IMG/VR virus record: IMGVR_UViG_3300027541_000009 | Coordinates: 220,051 to 284,050 of that record | Reading direction: 5' to 3' (one strand) | Length of the DNA stretch: 64,000 bases | Notes under the pieces: generated by a model | What the model saw: only the letters and a program-made list of their open reading frames with translations | Databases searched by the model: none | Told to the model about the DNA's origin: nothing | Program-made: the position numbers and the translations under genes | In this document: in pieces, positions 1-8,515 of the stretch | How the letters are laid out: every line of letters begins with the position of its first letter | Numbering within the stretch: the first letter of the stretch is position 1

Positions 1-36
1 GTTGCGTAAAGTAACTAAACCACTTGGAATGGATGA

Positions 37-234
37 GTGTTGATGTATACAATCAAACTTCTTGCACCCGCTGCTTTAATGTTATGTGCCGAAAGTGCAT
101 TATCTAATCAAGGATATTGTGCTCTTGACCAACCCAAACCATCTGTGGTAAGATACTACGAAGCTGGTAAGTCCTGTTATGTTGAAGGGACTTTTTACAC
201 TAAATGCGAGGACCGATTAAATGGCACTAAGTAA
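37..234 (+). CDS. hypothetical protein, N-terminal signal-peptide-like segment
   Basis: ORF with hydrophobic N-terminus (LLAPAALMLCAESALS); overlaps the next ORF. Confidence 0.5.
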   Translation: MLMYTIKLLAPAALMLCAESALSNQGYCALDQPKPSVVRYYEAGKSCYVEGTFYTKCEDRLNGTK

Positions 235-445
235 ACAAACTTTAGATCATATCTTGGAAGCAGAATCACATCTTCGTGCTGCTATTCGTGTTGCATCTAC
301 ATCAGAAAAACCATTAGTTGTAAAACAACTGTCACAAGTTCTTCTTGATATGGAAAACTGCAAAAAAATCGAAGAACTGATGGATATGTTGGAAGATAGA
401 AAACCAGGAAGTCGTGGTAGTTTTGGTTCTTTCTTCAACGATTAA
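221..445 (+). CDS. hypothetical protein
   Basis: 74-aa helical ORF, coding-like, in operon. Confidence 0.65.
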   Translation: MALSKQTLDHILEAESHLRAAIRVASTSEKPLVVKQLSQVLLDMENCKKIEELMDMLEDRKPGSRGSFGSFFND

Positions 446-538
446 GAACTGTTAAACAATCCCAAAGAGAATATTAAGAAACCACACAACCCCCTTAAAT
501 AGTGTTAGGATATGGACATAATCACGGGAGCAAAACTT

Positions 539-703
539 ATGACTCTTCCTTCAAAGGGAAATAAAAAACTTACAGACGAAGAGTTTAATGAAATGACTGC
601 ACTTAAAAATGTAATCAATCAACGCCCTGCTGCTGTAGTTCCTGAGAAGATGGAGCAATTTACTGAGTATCTTGTGCGAAGTTTGAGAGAAAAGGGTGGT
701 TGA
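539..703 (+). CDS. hypothetical protein
   Basis: ATG at 539 in the frame of track ORF 512..703. Confidence 0.55.
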   Translation: MTLPSKGNKKLTDEEFNEMTALKNVINQRPAAVVPEKMEQFTEYLVRSLREKGG

Positions 704-710
704 GTTTCTG

Positions 711-743
711 GGGGGTTGACAACCCTCTTTTTTATGCTATACT
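711..743 (+). promoter_or_regulatory. sigma70-type promoter overlapping a short hairpin plus T-tract
   Basis: TTGACA 716-721, 16 nt, TG-n-TATACT 738-743; GGGTT-gac-AACCC hairpin followed by T6. Confidence 0.7.
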
Positions 744-749
744 TATCCA

Positions 750-1601
750 ATGAACAAAACTTTTCTTAAATGGGCTGGCAATAAAACAAGAGTTCTGCCC
801 CATCTTATTCCCCATATTGGTTATCCAAAGCGTTATTGTGAACCCTTTGGTGGTAGTCTTGCTGTTGCTTTGAATACACCAGCACAGCAATATATCCTCA
901 ACGATGTGAATAAGGATTTGGTAGCAATCTATCAGAATTTGGTAAATCCAAATGATGATAGTTTCATTCAATACTGCGAAGAACTATTCACGCCAGAGAA
1001 TAATACAAGAGAAGTATATTTGGAGTTGCGAGAGCACTTCAATCAAGCAACAGATACTACAGAGAGAGCAAGGTTATTCATTTATTTGAATAAGCACTGT
1101 TTTAATGGACTATCAAGATATAATAGCAAAGGAATGTTTAATGTTCCTTATGGTAGAGAAGTTGTAAATAAGGATACTGGGGAGAAAGAAATACAAAGTG
1201 CTTACTTTCCCAGAGAGGAAATGATGAACTTCAGGATGTATTTCTTATCCAAACAATTGGTGAGGTTCACATCACTTTCTTTTGAAGATTCATCTCTGTA
1301 TGAGGATTTGGAAGCAGGTGATGTTGTCTACTTTGACCCACCGTATGTTCCTGCATCAAATACTGCAAATTTCACAAGTTATGCGACTGATGGATTTACT
1401 TCTGACCAACAAGTTCAGTTAGCACAACTTGCAGAATCTCTTTCATCTAAAGGTATCAAAGTGATTGTATCAAATCACGATGTTCCTATTACAAGAGAAC
1501 TCTACAAAAATGCTACAATCTATCAAATTCAAGTAACTAGAACGATTGCTGCAAAAGGCGGCAGTAGGAAAAAAGCAAGTGAACTCATAGCAGTTTACTA
1601 A
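750..1601 (+). CDS. dam: DNA adenine methyltransferase, Dam (D12 family), predicted GATC
   Basis: FLKWAGNK, EPFGG, NDVN, FNGLSRYN..G.FNVP, DPPY; positions equivalent to EcoDam K9, N120, L122, R124, P134 are conserved. Confidence 0.93.
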   Translation: MNKTFLKWAGNKTRVLPHLIPHIGYPKRYCEPFGGSLAVALNTPAQQYILNDVNKDLVAIYQNLVNPNDDSFIQYCEELFTPENNTREVYLELREHFNQATDTTERARLFIYLNKHCFNGLSRYNSKGMFNVPYGREVVNKDTGEKEIQSAYFPREEMMNFRMYFLSKQLVRFTSLSFEDSSLYEDLEAGDVVYFDPPYVPASNTANFTSYATDGFTSDQQVQLAQLAESLSSKGIKVIVSNHDVPITRELYKNATIYQIQVTRTIAAKGGSRKKASELIAVY

Positions 1602-1629
1602 CTTGGATCCTCTAAAGTGTACCTATAAT
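1601..1629 (+). promoter_or_regulatory. 29-bp early-region repeat, copy 1 (TATAAT variant)
   Basis: ACTTGGATCCTCTAAAGTGTACCTATAAT; overlaps the dam stop codon. Confidence 0.9.
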
Positions 1630-1647
1630 GTAAGCAACAAACTTGAA

Positions 1648-2061
1648 ATGTCCACCCGAGCACGAATCGGTCTTGAACTTAAGAATGGTTCTATTCTCTC
1701 TGTGTATCACCACTGGGATGGTTATCCTGAATGGTTGGGTCGTATCCTGAACACTCATTACAACACTCGTCAGAAAGTTGCTGACTTGATTGATGGTGGT
1801 GATATGTCTTGCTGCTGGACTGATGACCGCTGGAATGATAGTGCAGTGAAGGGTGTTTATGGACCCAACTATTATTCTTATCGTAACGATGATTGTCCTC
1901 CTCGTCTTGATGCTGATTTGTGTGAGTATCTTCTGCCTGCTAATGGTGAAGAGTATGCCTATGTCTTCCGCAACGGTGAATGGGTGTGCTACAATATGAA
2001 TTGTTATGAACAAAAACTTCCTGAAGTGATTGAAATCCCCTCTGCTGCGCTTGCTGTTTAA
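1648..2061 (+). CDS. conserved phage hypothetical protein (MSTR...HWDGYP type)
   Basis: MSTRARIG...SVYHHWDGYPEWLG motif; follows repeat copy 1. Confidence 0.75.
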   Translation: MSTRARIGLELKNGSILSVYHHWDGYPEWLGRILNTHYNTRQKVADLIDGGDMSCCWTDDRWNDSAVKGVYGPNYYSYRNDDCPPRLDADLCEYLLPANGEEYAYVFRNGEWVCYNMNCYEQKLPEVIEIPSAALAV

Positions 2062-2078
2062 TTCTTAGGTAAATTATT

Positions 2079-2486
2079 ATGAAACAACAAAACGGATTTA
2101 TTGACCCTGCTGTTGCTGCTATTGCTGTCGGTGTGGTTGTGATTGGTGGTCTCATCTTTATTGGTGGTCCACAATATAATGTGTGGCAGCAATCTCTTGC
2201 TGGTAAAGCAGAGTTGCAAAAAGCAGAATACACTCGTCAGGTAGCAGTTCTTGAAGCACAAGCAAAGAAAGATAGTGCTCAACAACTTGCTGATGCTGAA
2301 ATCATCCGTGCTACTGGTGTTGCTAAGGCAAACCAAATCATTGGTGATAGTCTGAAGGACAACCGTGAGTATCTTCAGTATCTTTACATTACTGGTCTTG
2401 AAGAAGGATCTAACAAAGGTAATGTGACCATCTATGTTCCCACCGAAGGTGGTATGCCTGTTCCTACTCTTCAAATGAGCAAATGA
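2079..2486 (+). CDS. membrane protein with coiled coil, SPFH/band-7-like C-terminal region
   Basis: one TM segment, then Ala/Glu/Gln-rich AEIIRA.GVAKAN.II..SL coiled coil. Confidence 0.6.
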   Translation: MKQQNGFIDPAVAAIAVGVVVIGGLIFIGGPQYNVWQQSLAGKAELQKAEYTRQVAVLEAQAKKDSAQQLADAEIIRATGVAKANQIIGDSLKDNREYLQYLYITGLEEGSNKGNVTIYVPTEGGMPVPTLQMSK

Positions 2487-2641
2487 ACAAAAAGTACATT
2501 GTTGTTGGATTGATTGGTTTTGCAGTTATTCTTGGTTGGAATGTCTTTCTAATCCAGCGTGATGACAAAATGTATGATGCTTACTATCGCTCTAAGGCAA
2601 TAGAGAATCTCAAGAAACCACCCTCTATAGAAATCAGATGA
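2483..2641 (+). CDS. small single-TM protein (52 aa)
   Basis: read from sequence: MNKKYIVVGLIGFAVILGWNVFLI...; ATGA overlaps on both sides. Confidence 0.6.
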   Translation: MNKKYIVVGLIGFAVILGWNVFLIQRDDKMYDAYYRSKAIENLKKPPSIEIR

Positions 2642-2763
2642 GTATTGTACTCGGTGTAGCAATCTACGCAGCACTGGTTGCATTTGTATCCTCCATTATG
2701 CTATATTACTTAAAGGTAATGTATTCACGCGAAGAAGCAAAACTTAAGGAGAAATCCAAATGA
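2638..2763 (+). CDS. small single-TM protein (41 aa)
   Basis: MSIVLGVAIYAALVAFVSSIMLYYLKV...; ATGA coupling. Confidence 0.55.
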   Translation: MSIVLGVAIYAALVAFVSSIMLYYLKVMYSREEAKLKEKSK

Positions 2764-2897
2764 TCCCCAAACGACTCCGTGACCTTATTAAACAAGCAGA
2801 AATGGACAAAGTAGCAGAAGAGTTCTGGAAAGAAGTTGAGCGTGAAGCAGCGAAACTTGAGGTAACTGTTGACTACTATCTCGCTGAGTTTTACTAA
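2760..2897 (+). CDS. small hypothetical protein (VTVDYYLAEF family)
   Basis: MIPKRLRDL...AAKLEVTVDYYLAEFY; similar to 16455..16592. Confidence 0.6.
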   Translation: MIPKRLRDLIKQAEMDKVAEEFWKEVEREAAKLEVTVDYYLAEFY

Positions 2898-2989
2898 TGA
2901 CTTTTATTCTTGGTATGGGAATCGGTATTCTTTTGACTGTAGGAGTTTCTTTTATAGTTGCTTCCGACATTGACAATAACGACAACTAA
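2897..2989 (+). CDS. 30-aa single-TM microprotein
   Basis: MTFILGMGIGILLTVGVSFIVASDIDNNDN; TAATG coupling. Confidence 0.45.
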   Translation: MTFILGMGIGILLTVGVSFIVASDIDNNDN

Positions 2990-2998
2990 TCTTAAACT
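2970..2998 (+). promoter_or_regulatory. sigma70-type promoter
   Basis: TTGACA-17-TAAACT; GAGG RBS then ATG 3022. Confidence 0.7.
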
Positions 2999-3021
2999 TA
3001 AGAGGTAATTTACAAAGACAA

Positions 3022-3264
3022 ATGGCACAAAAGTTTCTTTACATCGTTGACCACTACATTCCTTTTCCGTCCAGTGAATACGGTGGACTTTGGAATGTGA
3101 TTGCGGAAAACGACAATGAATGTTTTGATTTGATTTCTGCAGAAGATTCTGACAATTTTTATGAGCAACACTATACTACTCTTCGTGAAAATGTGTTAAG
3201 CGCGAGGACTTATGCGCTTGCTGAGGATGTAGAATCTGCAGTAGTTGAATCTTTTACAACCTGA
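3022..3264 (+). CDS. hypothetical protein
   Basis: 80-aa ORF after promoter and RBS. Confidence 0.7.
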   Translation: MAQKFLYIVDHYIPFPSSEYGGLWNVIAENDNECFDLISAEDSDNFYEQHYTTLRENVLSARTYALAEDVESAVVESFTT

Positions 3265-3431
3265 TGACTCACCACGTTACTCACACCAATAAAATGGTGT
3301 TTGATTTGAAGAAACAGTACCAAGAACGTATTGAACAACTGCAAAGTAAAATTGCAGAACAAGAACACGAAATCTCACAACTGCAGAAACAAATTGAGTA
3401 TATGTCGCGTGACAAGTTCTATGATTGCTGA
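3264..3431 (+). CDS. small coiled-coil hypothetical protein
   Basis: TGATG coupling; heptad-like YQERIEQLQSKIAEQEHEISQLQKQIE. Confidence 0.55.
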   Translation: MTHHVTHTNKMVFDLKKQYQERIEQLQSKIAEQEHEISQLQKQIEYMSRDKFYDC

Positions 3432-3702
3432 GTTTCCGCATAAAGCACCCGAAAATTATTATTATGAGTTCGAAGAGTTCAAGCGTGGAGTTATTGCTAT
3501 ATGGTTGTATTGCAATCGTAAGTTTGATTACAATAATGGTGCTCCCACAAGGACAATCTGGGGATTCTACAAATCCAAGACCAGAGAATACTTTGCCCCA
3601 ATCAATAGTAAGACAGTTGGTGCTCGTGTAAATATCAACGACACGCGAAACTATTCAGCAATGCCTATCAAGCAGTCTCCATTGGATGCGTTCTTTGTAT
3701 GA
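3421..3702 (+). CDS. hypothetical protein
   Basis: ATG 3421 in the frame of track ORF 3331..3702. Confidence 0.65.
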   Translation: MIAEFPHKAPENYYYEFEEFKRGVIAIWLYCNRKFDYNNGAPTRTIWGFYKSKTREYFAPINSKTVGARVNINDTRNYSAMPIKQSPLDAFFV

Positions 3703-3962
3703 CATACAAACCACAAGTCAATGATTATGTTGAATGGACAAAAGGTGTTGAAGGTTGGGTTTATTTTAGGGATGACGAATATGTTACGATTGAGTATGTT
3801 GTTCGTCCTAAAGACCAAGTAAACTATCACGCCTGCCCCATTCACGCAAATGAAAGATTGCTTGTTGTTTGTTATAAAGAAGATTGGAAACATTTAAAGT
3901 ATGTTAAATCAAGAAAATCAAGATATGAAGAAGAACAGAACTGTCTGGCGATTGCTTGCTAA
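3699..3962 (+). CDS. hypothetical protein
   Basis: ATGA-coupled 87-aa ORF. Confidence 0.6.
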   Translation: MTYKPQVNDYVEWTKGVEGWVYFRDDEYVTIEYVVRPKDQVNYHACPIHANERLLVVCYKEDWKHLKYVKSRKSRYEEEQNCLAIAC

Positions 3963-4191
3963 GGCACTTGGAGAAAAAGCAAGTAAATGTGATAAAGAAG
4001 CGGATAAGGTAGCACTTATCCGCCTTTTGATGTTTTTGAGCATTTTTATTACCAACTGCTTCATTATCGCTAATGCAATTCGACATTGGAATGATGAGAC
4101 TAAGATAGAAGTATTTGTTGAAACTTCTAGTATGCCAGAATATCAAACTCCACCTATGAGAGTTGCAAATAAACCCCTTGAGTTTGAGTAA
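3925..4191 (+). CDS. hypothetical membrane protein
   Basis: TM segment IRLLMFLSIFITNCFIIANAI. Confidence 0.6.
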   Translation: MKKNRTVWRLLAKALGEKASKCDKEADKVALIRLLMFLSIFITNCFIIANAIRHWNDETKIEVFVETSSMPEYQTPPMRVANKPLEFE

Positions 4192-4193
4192 CA

Positions 4194-4200
4194 ATAAATA
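4194..4200 (+). promoter_or_regulatory. T4-type late promoter
   Basis: ATAAATA 21 nt before ATG 4221; followed by ACTAAAAAGT as at 5561. Confidence 0.6.
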
Positions 4201-4220
4201 ACTAAAAAGTTATTCATAAG

Positions 4221-4865
4221 ATGGACGCTCAAGACATTCGCAATCTTCAAGAAGCATATATGGAAGTTGTTGAAAACCAGCAACTTGATGAGATGCCATA
4301 TCAAGTAATGGGTTCTCCTGATGGAAAGAAAGAGAAGAAGATTGGTAAACCAGTAAAGAGTAGAAAGTATGCTGACGCAAGAGCAGCAGAACTTGAAGAT
4401 ACTCATAAAAAAACAGGTGGCAAATATCGTTCACAATATGTTGAGGATTATGACCTATACGACATCATTCTTTCGCACCTTCTTGATGAAGGATATGCTG
4501 ATACTGAACAAGCAGCAACGGCAATTATGGGGAATATGAGTGAAGAGTGGAGAGAGAGTATTATGATTGCTGAAGGAATGACTATGAAGGACTTCAAGGC
4601 AAATCGTCAGAAGAATAAGAGGAGATCTGCTTCTGCTGATGCTGAGAAGAGAGGTCATGTAGGTAAGGAATGGTATAACAGTGGTAGAAGATATTCTCCA
4701 GATGAAGCAAAGAGAAGTCGTGCAAATATGGATGATGAAGAAAGACGCACGAGACATCGTAGTGCTGTAGATCCTGATAATGAGGATGATAATAACTACT
4801 CTGCAGATAAGACGAAGAATCCTAAGAAACTTCGTAAGCAAAAAGCAATGGGAGAATTAGGATAA
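4221..4865 (+). CDS. late hypothetical protein, candidate internal head protein
   Basis: late promoter; several L/I-x-E motifs; YDIILSHLLDEGYA...IM.NMSEEW block; basic C-terminus. Confidence 0.65.
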   Translation: MDAQDIRNLQEAYMEVVENQQLDEMPYQVMGSPDGKKEKKIGKPVKSRKYADARAAELEDTHKKTGGKYRSQYVEDYDLYDIILSHLLDEGYADTEQAATAIMGNMSEEWRESIMIAEGMTMKDFKANRQKNKRRSASADAEKRGHVGKEWYNSGRRYSPDEAKRSRANMDDEERRTRHRSAVDPDNEDDNNYSADKTKNPKKLRKQKAMGELG

Positions 4866-4866
4866 A

Positions 4867-5115
4867 ATGCTAACATTTAGAGAGTTCTACGAAATCTGCG
4901 AAGCAAAAAGACCAGACACTCCACCTCAAGCAGTTCCTGGAACTTACAAGAGGAGTGATACTGGTGTGCAAACTTATACTCTTCAAAGATATGAAGGTCC
5001 AGAAGGGAAACCAACAAAGAAAGAAGTTAATAAGTTAATTGTAAAGCGTAGTGGCGGAAAAGAAGTAACAAAGAGACTGAAAAAGTTAGCAAAATCTGTT
5101 AAAAAAATTGATTGA
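4867..5115 (+). CDS. basic protein with CTS-like N-terminus
   Basis: MLTFREFYEICE; Lys-rich. Confidence 0.65.
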   Translation: MLTFREFYEICEAKRPDTPPQAVPGTYKRSDTGVQTYTLQRYEGPEGKPTKKEVNKLIVKRSGGKEVTKRLKKLAKSVKKID

Positions 5116-5120
5116 TTTTT

Positions 5121-5149
5121 ACTTGGATCCTCTAAAGTGTACCTATAAT
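5121..5149 (+). promoter_or_regulatory. 29-bp repeat, copy 2 (TATAAT variant)
   Basis: one mismatch to consensus; 5 nt after TGA 5113-5115. Confidence 0.9.
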
Positions 5150-5155
5150 GTAAGC

Positions 5156-5302
5156 ATGAAACAAATTATGGACTGCTTCGATGACATTCAAATTGAAGAA
5201 TCTAATGGATTTGATTTTATTGAAAAAGATCTAACTGAACTCATTGAAGAATCTAACGACTTCAATCTTAATGAGTATCTTAACTCCAACTATGATTACT
5301 GA
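5156..5302 (+). CDS. small acidic hypothetical protein
   Basis: ATG 7 nt after TATAAT (leaderless geometry). Confidence 0.55.
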   Translation: MKQIMDCFDDIQIEESNGFDFIEKDLTELIEESNDFNLNEYLNSNYDY

Positions 5303-5318
5303 CAGTTTCTAAACTGTC
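5301..5318. repeat. perfect 8-bp inverted repeat GACAGTTT-ct-AAACTGTC
   Basis: intergenic; contains the AACTGTC motif also seen at 6417 and 9849. Confidence 0.7.
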
Positions 5319-5362
5319 CACCAAATCACCCACACAGAACACTTTTCCTTTATTATTCTCAA

Positions 5363-5563
5363 ATGACTGAACACATCCCCAACGTGCTCCCTCACATTCA
5401 AGAACTGAAAGATGCTTGGCGTCGTCAAGATTTTATCTTTACTAAGCAGCAACAAGAAGAATATGATTTGCTTCTTGCTACTCGCCGCGAACGTGTAAAG
5501 CAATTCTATACTGAAGGACGAGTATTCAAGGGTTCATATAAAGCAAAGGAAGTAGAGTTCTAA
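5363..5563 (+). CDS. hypothetical protein
   Basis: 66-aa ORF after TATTAT 5351-5356. Confidence 0.65.
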   Translation: MTEHIPNVLPHIQELKDAWRRQDFIFTKQQQEEYDLLLATRRERVKQFYTEGRVFKGSYKAKEVEF

Positions 5564-5590
5564 ATACTAAAAAGTAGTGTTTAGATAACA

Positions 5591-6199
5591 ATGAAAACCT
5601 TTCAGGAGTTTATGTCTATTTGCGAAGAAGTTGATGACAAGTCAAAAGCACTTGGATTCCAAGCAACAATCAGAAAAGCAAGACCTGGCGGTCGTATTGG
5701 TGCTGAACGCAAAAAGACAACTCCTGAAAAACGCCGTATGAAAGCAGTTGGCGGTGGTAAAATGGAACCAGCAAAAGAATACAAACCACGCAAGGATATT
5801 GGAAAACCAAAGGGTTCACAAATTCAACAACCAGAACAAGAGCGTGGATCTGCTAGAGAAAGACAACTGGCAGCAGCAAAAGAGGAAAGAAGAAAAGCAG
5901 CACAGGCAAGAATTGCTGCTAAGAAAGGTGGAGAATCACCAGCACCAGCAGCAGAAAAACCAAAAGCAAAAGAAGTAGTAAAAGCAGCAACTAAACTTCT
6001 TTCTAAGAAGAAAGCAACAGCAGAACCCGCTCCTGGATACAAACCACAAAAAGCATCTGGTCTAAGCAGACAAGAAAGATTGCATGTTACAAGAAAGGGA
6101 GAACAGAAACTCCGCGATCTTGTAATTGCAGGAGAAAGAGAAAGAGGTAAAAACATTAAGAGTGAGAAAGACCTCCAACACCGATACACTTCTCGCTGA
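5591..6199 (+). CDS. Lys/Arg/Ala-rich protein with CTS-like N-terminus, candidate internal head protein
   Basis: MKTFQEFMSICEE; upstream CTAAATACTAAAAAGT late-promoter variant at 5560. Confidence 0.7.
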   Translation: MKTFQEFMSICEEVDDKSKALGFQATIRKARPGGRIGAERKKTTPEKRRMKAVGGGKMEPAKEYKPRKDIGKPKGSQIQQPEQERGSARERQLAAAKEERRKAAQARIAAKKGGESPAPAAEKPKAKEVVKAATKLLSKKKATAEPAPGYKPQKASGLSRQERLHVTRKGEQKLRDLVIAGERERGKNIKSEKDLQHRYTSR

Positions 6200-6204
6200 T
6201 ACTT

Positions 6205-6233
6205 ACTTGGATCCTCTAAAGTGTCCCTATAGT
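6205..6233 (+). promoter_or_regulatory. 29-bp repeat, copy 3 (GTGTCCC variant)
   Basis: one mismatch; 5 nt after TGA 6197-6199. Confidence 0.9.
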
Positions 6234-6258
6234 ATAAGCACTCAAACGAAACAACATT

Positions 6259-6414
6259 ATGCTCTGGCAAGACCGCAACGGTAACTGGTTCAGCACTGTT
6301 TCTCCTATCGACATGAAAATTGAGCGAGCAATGATTGAAGCAAACGCTAACAAAGTCTGGGAAGAAAAAGAGCGTTCTGGTGATTGGTTGTTTGATGAAA
6401 TGTTTGGCGGTTGA
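6259..6414 (+). CDS. small hypothetical protein (51 aa)
   Basis: MLWQDRNGNWFSTVSPIDMKIERAMIE... Confidence 0.55.
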   Translation: MLWQDRNGNWFSTVSPIDMKIERAMIEANANKVWEEKERSGDWLFDEMFGG

Positions 6415-6427
6415 TTAACTGTCCGCC

Positions 6428-6463
6428 AGCACCCTTTCCAAGCGTCAGGAAGGGTGCTATAAT
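6428..6463 (+). promoter_or_regulatory. stem-loop promoter (PeSL-like)
   Basis: 9-bp stem AGCACCCTT/AAGGGTGCT running into extended -10 TGcTATAAT 6455-6463. Confidence 0.7.
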
Positions 6464-6504
6464 GTCTTTTAGATACCAAACCACCTGAAACTCTGTAATT
6501 CGTA

Positions 6505-7692
6505 ATGATTCCTCATCTGATCAATCTTCGTCCTCACCAAGAACGCGGAGTTGCTGCTATGCAACAGCATGATAAAGGTCAAGTCATTGTTCCTACTGGT
6601 GGTGGCAAGACTCTGAAGATGATCTATGATTGTCTGCGTGAGTTGCAGTCACAAACTCCCCAGACCATTGTTGTTGTTGCTCCGCGTATTCTTCTGGCAG
6701 AGCAACTGTCTTCGGAGTTCCTGGAGTTTATCACTAACGCTGCTGTTTTCCATGTTCACAGTGGCGAAACTCATCACGAGTCTTCTACTCGCCCTCAAGA
6801 GATTCGCAACTGGGTTGATGCTAATGCCGACAATCATCGCCTGATTGTAACCACCTACAACTCTCTGTCGCGTCTTCAAGTGGCAGAAGTTGATGTGGAT
6901 ACCATTTACTTTGACGAGGCACATAATTCTGTTCAGCGTCACTTTTTCCCTGCAACTGAGCACTTTGCTGCTAATGCACGCCGCTGCTACTTCTTCACTG
7001 CTACCAGGAAGACTTCGCTCACTCCTTCTAAACCTGGAATGAACGATCGTGATGTCTATGGAGATATTATTTGCCGCGTTTCTGCTCCTGAACTTGTTGA
7101 TGGAGGATACATTATTGCTCCTAAGATTGTAGCGAAGAAGTTTGATGTACTTGCACCAAAGCAGGTAACTGCTGAATGTGACAGTAGCAATCTGATGGAC
7201 ACTCTGGAGGATATTGATTGCAAGAAAATCCTGGTATGTGTTAAGTCTGCGAAGCAACTTATCAACCTGATGTCTCATACTGACTGTGCTTCCCAACTAA
7301 ATCAGCGTGGTTATTCTTACCTCTACATCACCTCAAAAACTGGAGCGATTATTGATGGTAAGAAAGTCAATCGTGAAGTATTCTTTGACACGCTCAATTC
7401 TTGGGGTCGTGACCCTAACAAGAAGTTTGTTTGCTTCCATCGCTCTATTTTGAGCGAAGGAATTAATGTCAGCGAACTAGAGGCGGTCGTCTTTCTTCGC
7501 AATATGGATGTGATTGAAATGACCCAAACTATTGGTCGGGTTCTTCGCCTTGGCGGCAAAGAAAAGGTCTTCGGTCTCTGTGTGGTGCCTGTATATTCCA
7601 AAGTTGGAGTATCTACAGAGCGAGCACTCCAGCGAGTTGTTGATGCTGTGTTTGAGAAGGGTGAGATGGTTGATAGTGTAGTGCGGCGGTGA
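6505..7692 (+). CDS. superfamily 2 helicase/ATPase (DEAH, ResIII-like)
   Basis: PTGGGKT (Walker A), DEAH (II), FTAT (III), LSEGINV (V), QTIGRVLR (VI). Confidence 0.9.
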   Translation: MIPHLINLRPHQERGVAAMQQHDKGQVIVPTGGGKTLKMIYDCLRELQSQTPQTIVVVAPRILLAEQLSSEFLEFITNAAVFHVHSGETHHESSTRPQEIRNWVDANADNHRLIVTTYNSLSRLQVAEVDVDTIYFDEAHNSVQRHFFPATEHFAANARRCYFFTATRKTSLTPSKPGMNDRDVYGDIICRVSAPELVDGGYIIAPKIVAKKFDVLAPKQVTAECDSSNLMDTLEDIDCKKILVCVKSAKQLINLMSHTDCASQLNQRGYSYLYITSKTGAIIDGKKVNREVFFDTLNSWGRDPNKKFVCFHRSILSEGINVSELEAVVFLRNMDVIEMTQTIGRVLRLGGKEKVFGLCVVPVYSKVGVSTERALQRVVDAVFEKGEMVDSVVRR

Positions 7693-7805
7693 GTCTCGCC
7701 TAAGAACCCAGTCACAGTCAGGGGTCAAAACCTGATTTTTCTTCAATTCTACTGCAGCGGTGTCATAGGTCATCCACTGCAACCAAATTCCTGATTTTTA
7801 CTAAA
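7693..7805. repeat. about 112-bp intergenic element, family B copy 1
   Basis: core TTTTTCTTCAATTCTACTGCAGCGGTGTCATAGGTCAT.CACTGCA shared with 13879..13990. Confidence 0.85.
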
Positions 7806-7819
7806 GTATAGATTTTACC

Positions 7820-8515
7820 ATGGATTTCGTTGAGTTCGTTCCTGCTTACAACCGAATTAAAGCAAAAGGTTTCATAAAGTCTCATCGCAAAGGTGATACT
7901 GGAGTTGGTCATACTTTTGAACAAGAACTTGGTTTGACTGAGAATTGTATCTCTGGTCCAGATATTGATGGAAAAGAGTTGAAAGCAGCAAGGAAAGGTG
8001 CTGGTGGAAAACAAACTCTCTTTACAAAGGAAGGTGAATGGCAGATACCTCAATTAAAGTTCCTAGAAACTTTTGGATTTCCTCACACAAAACACATTGG
8101 GGAATTGTCTGGACAATCTACTGTGACAAGAACCAAAAACAACAGAGGATTTTGGATTCATACTGATGATGAATATGTTTCCATAAAGCACGAAGAACTG
8201 GAGATTGTTAGGTGGGATTGGGATTCACTTATTAAACAGTTTGCTCACAAATTTCCATCTTGTGTTAAAGTATTTGCCGATGTTGAAGTTCGTAATGGTA
8301 TAGAGTATTTTCACTACAATGAAGCGTATGTCTACATTTCTATTGATAAAAATCTGTTTCGTAAGGCAATCGAAGATGATGTAATTTCTATTGACTTACG
8401 ACTGAGAACCCAGTATAATGTTGGCACTGGTAAGGGTGTTCGCAATCGTGGCACTTGCTTTCGTATAAATCACTCAAATATGGATAAATTGTTTGTAAAA
8501 GAGGTTCTTGAATGA
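7820..8515 (+). CDS. MvaI/BcnI-family restriction endonuclease
   Basis: GFIKSHRKGDTGVGHTFEQELGLTEN...PDIDGKELKA, QTLFTKE, RNRGTCFRI; PD-(D/E)xK. Confidence 0.8.
   Translation: MDFVEFVPAYNRIKAKGFIKSHRKGDTGVGHTFEQELGLTENCISGPDIDGKELKAARKGAGGKQTLFTKEGEWQIPQLKFLETFGFPHTKHIGELSGQSTVTRTKNNRGFWIHTDDEYVSIKHEELEIVRWDWDSLIKQFAHKFPSCVKVFADVEVRNGIEYFHYNEAYVYISIDKNLFRKAIEDDVISIDLRLRTQYNVGTGKGVRNRGTCFRINHSNMDKLFVKEVLE

Noticed and set aside
444-482. TTAAGAA/TTAAACA repeats as a cyanobacterial Pho box
   Set aside because: Spacing is 10 rather than 11 bp, the match is weak, and no phosphate gene is adjacent.
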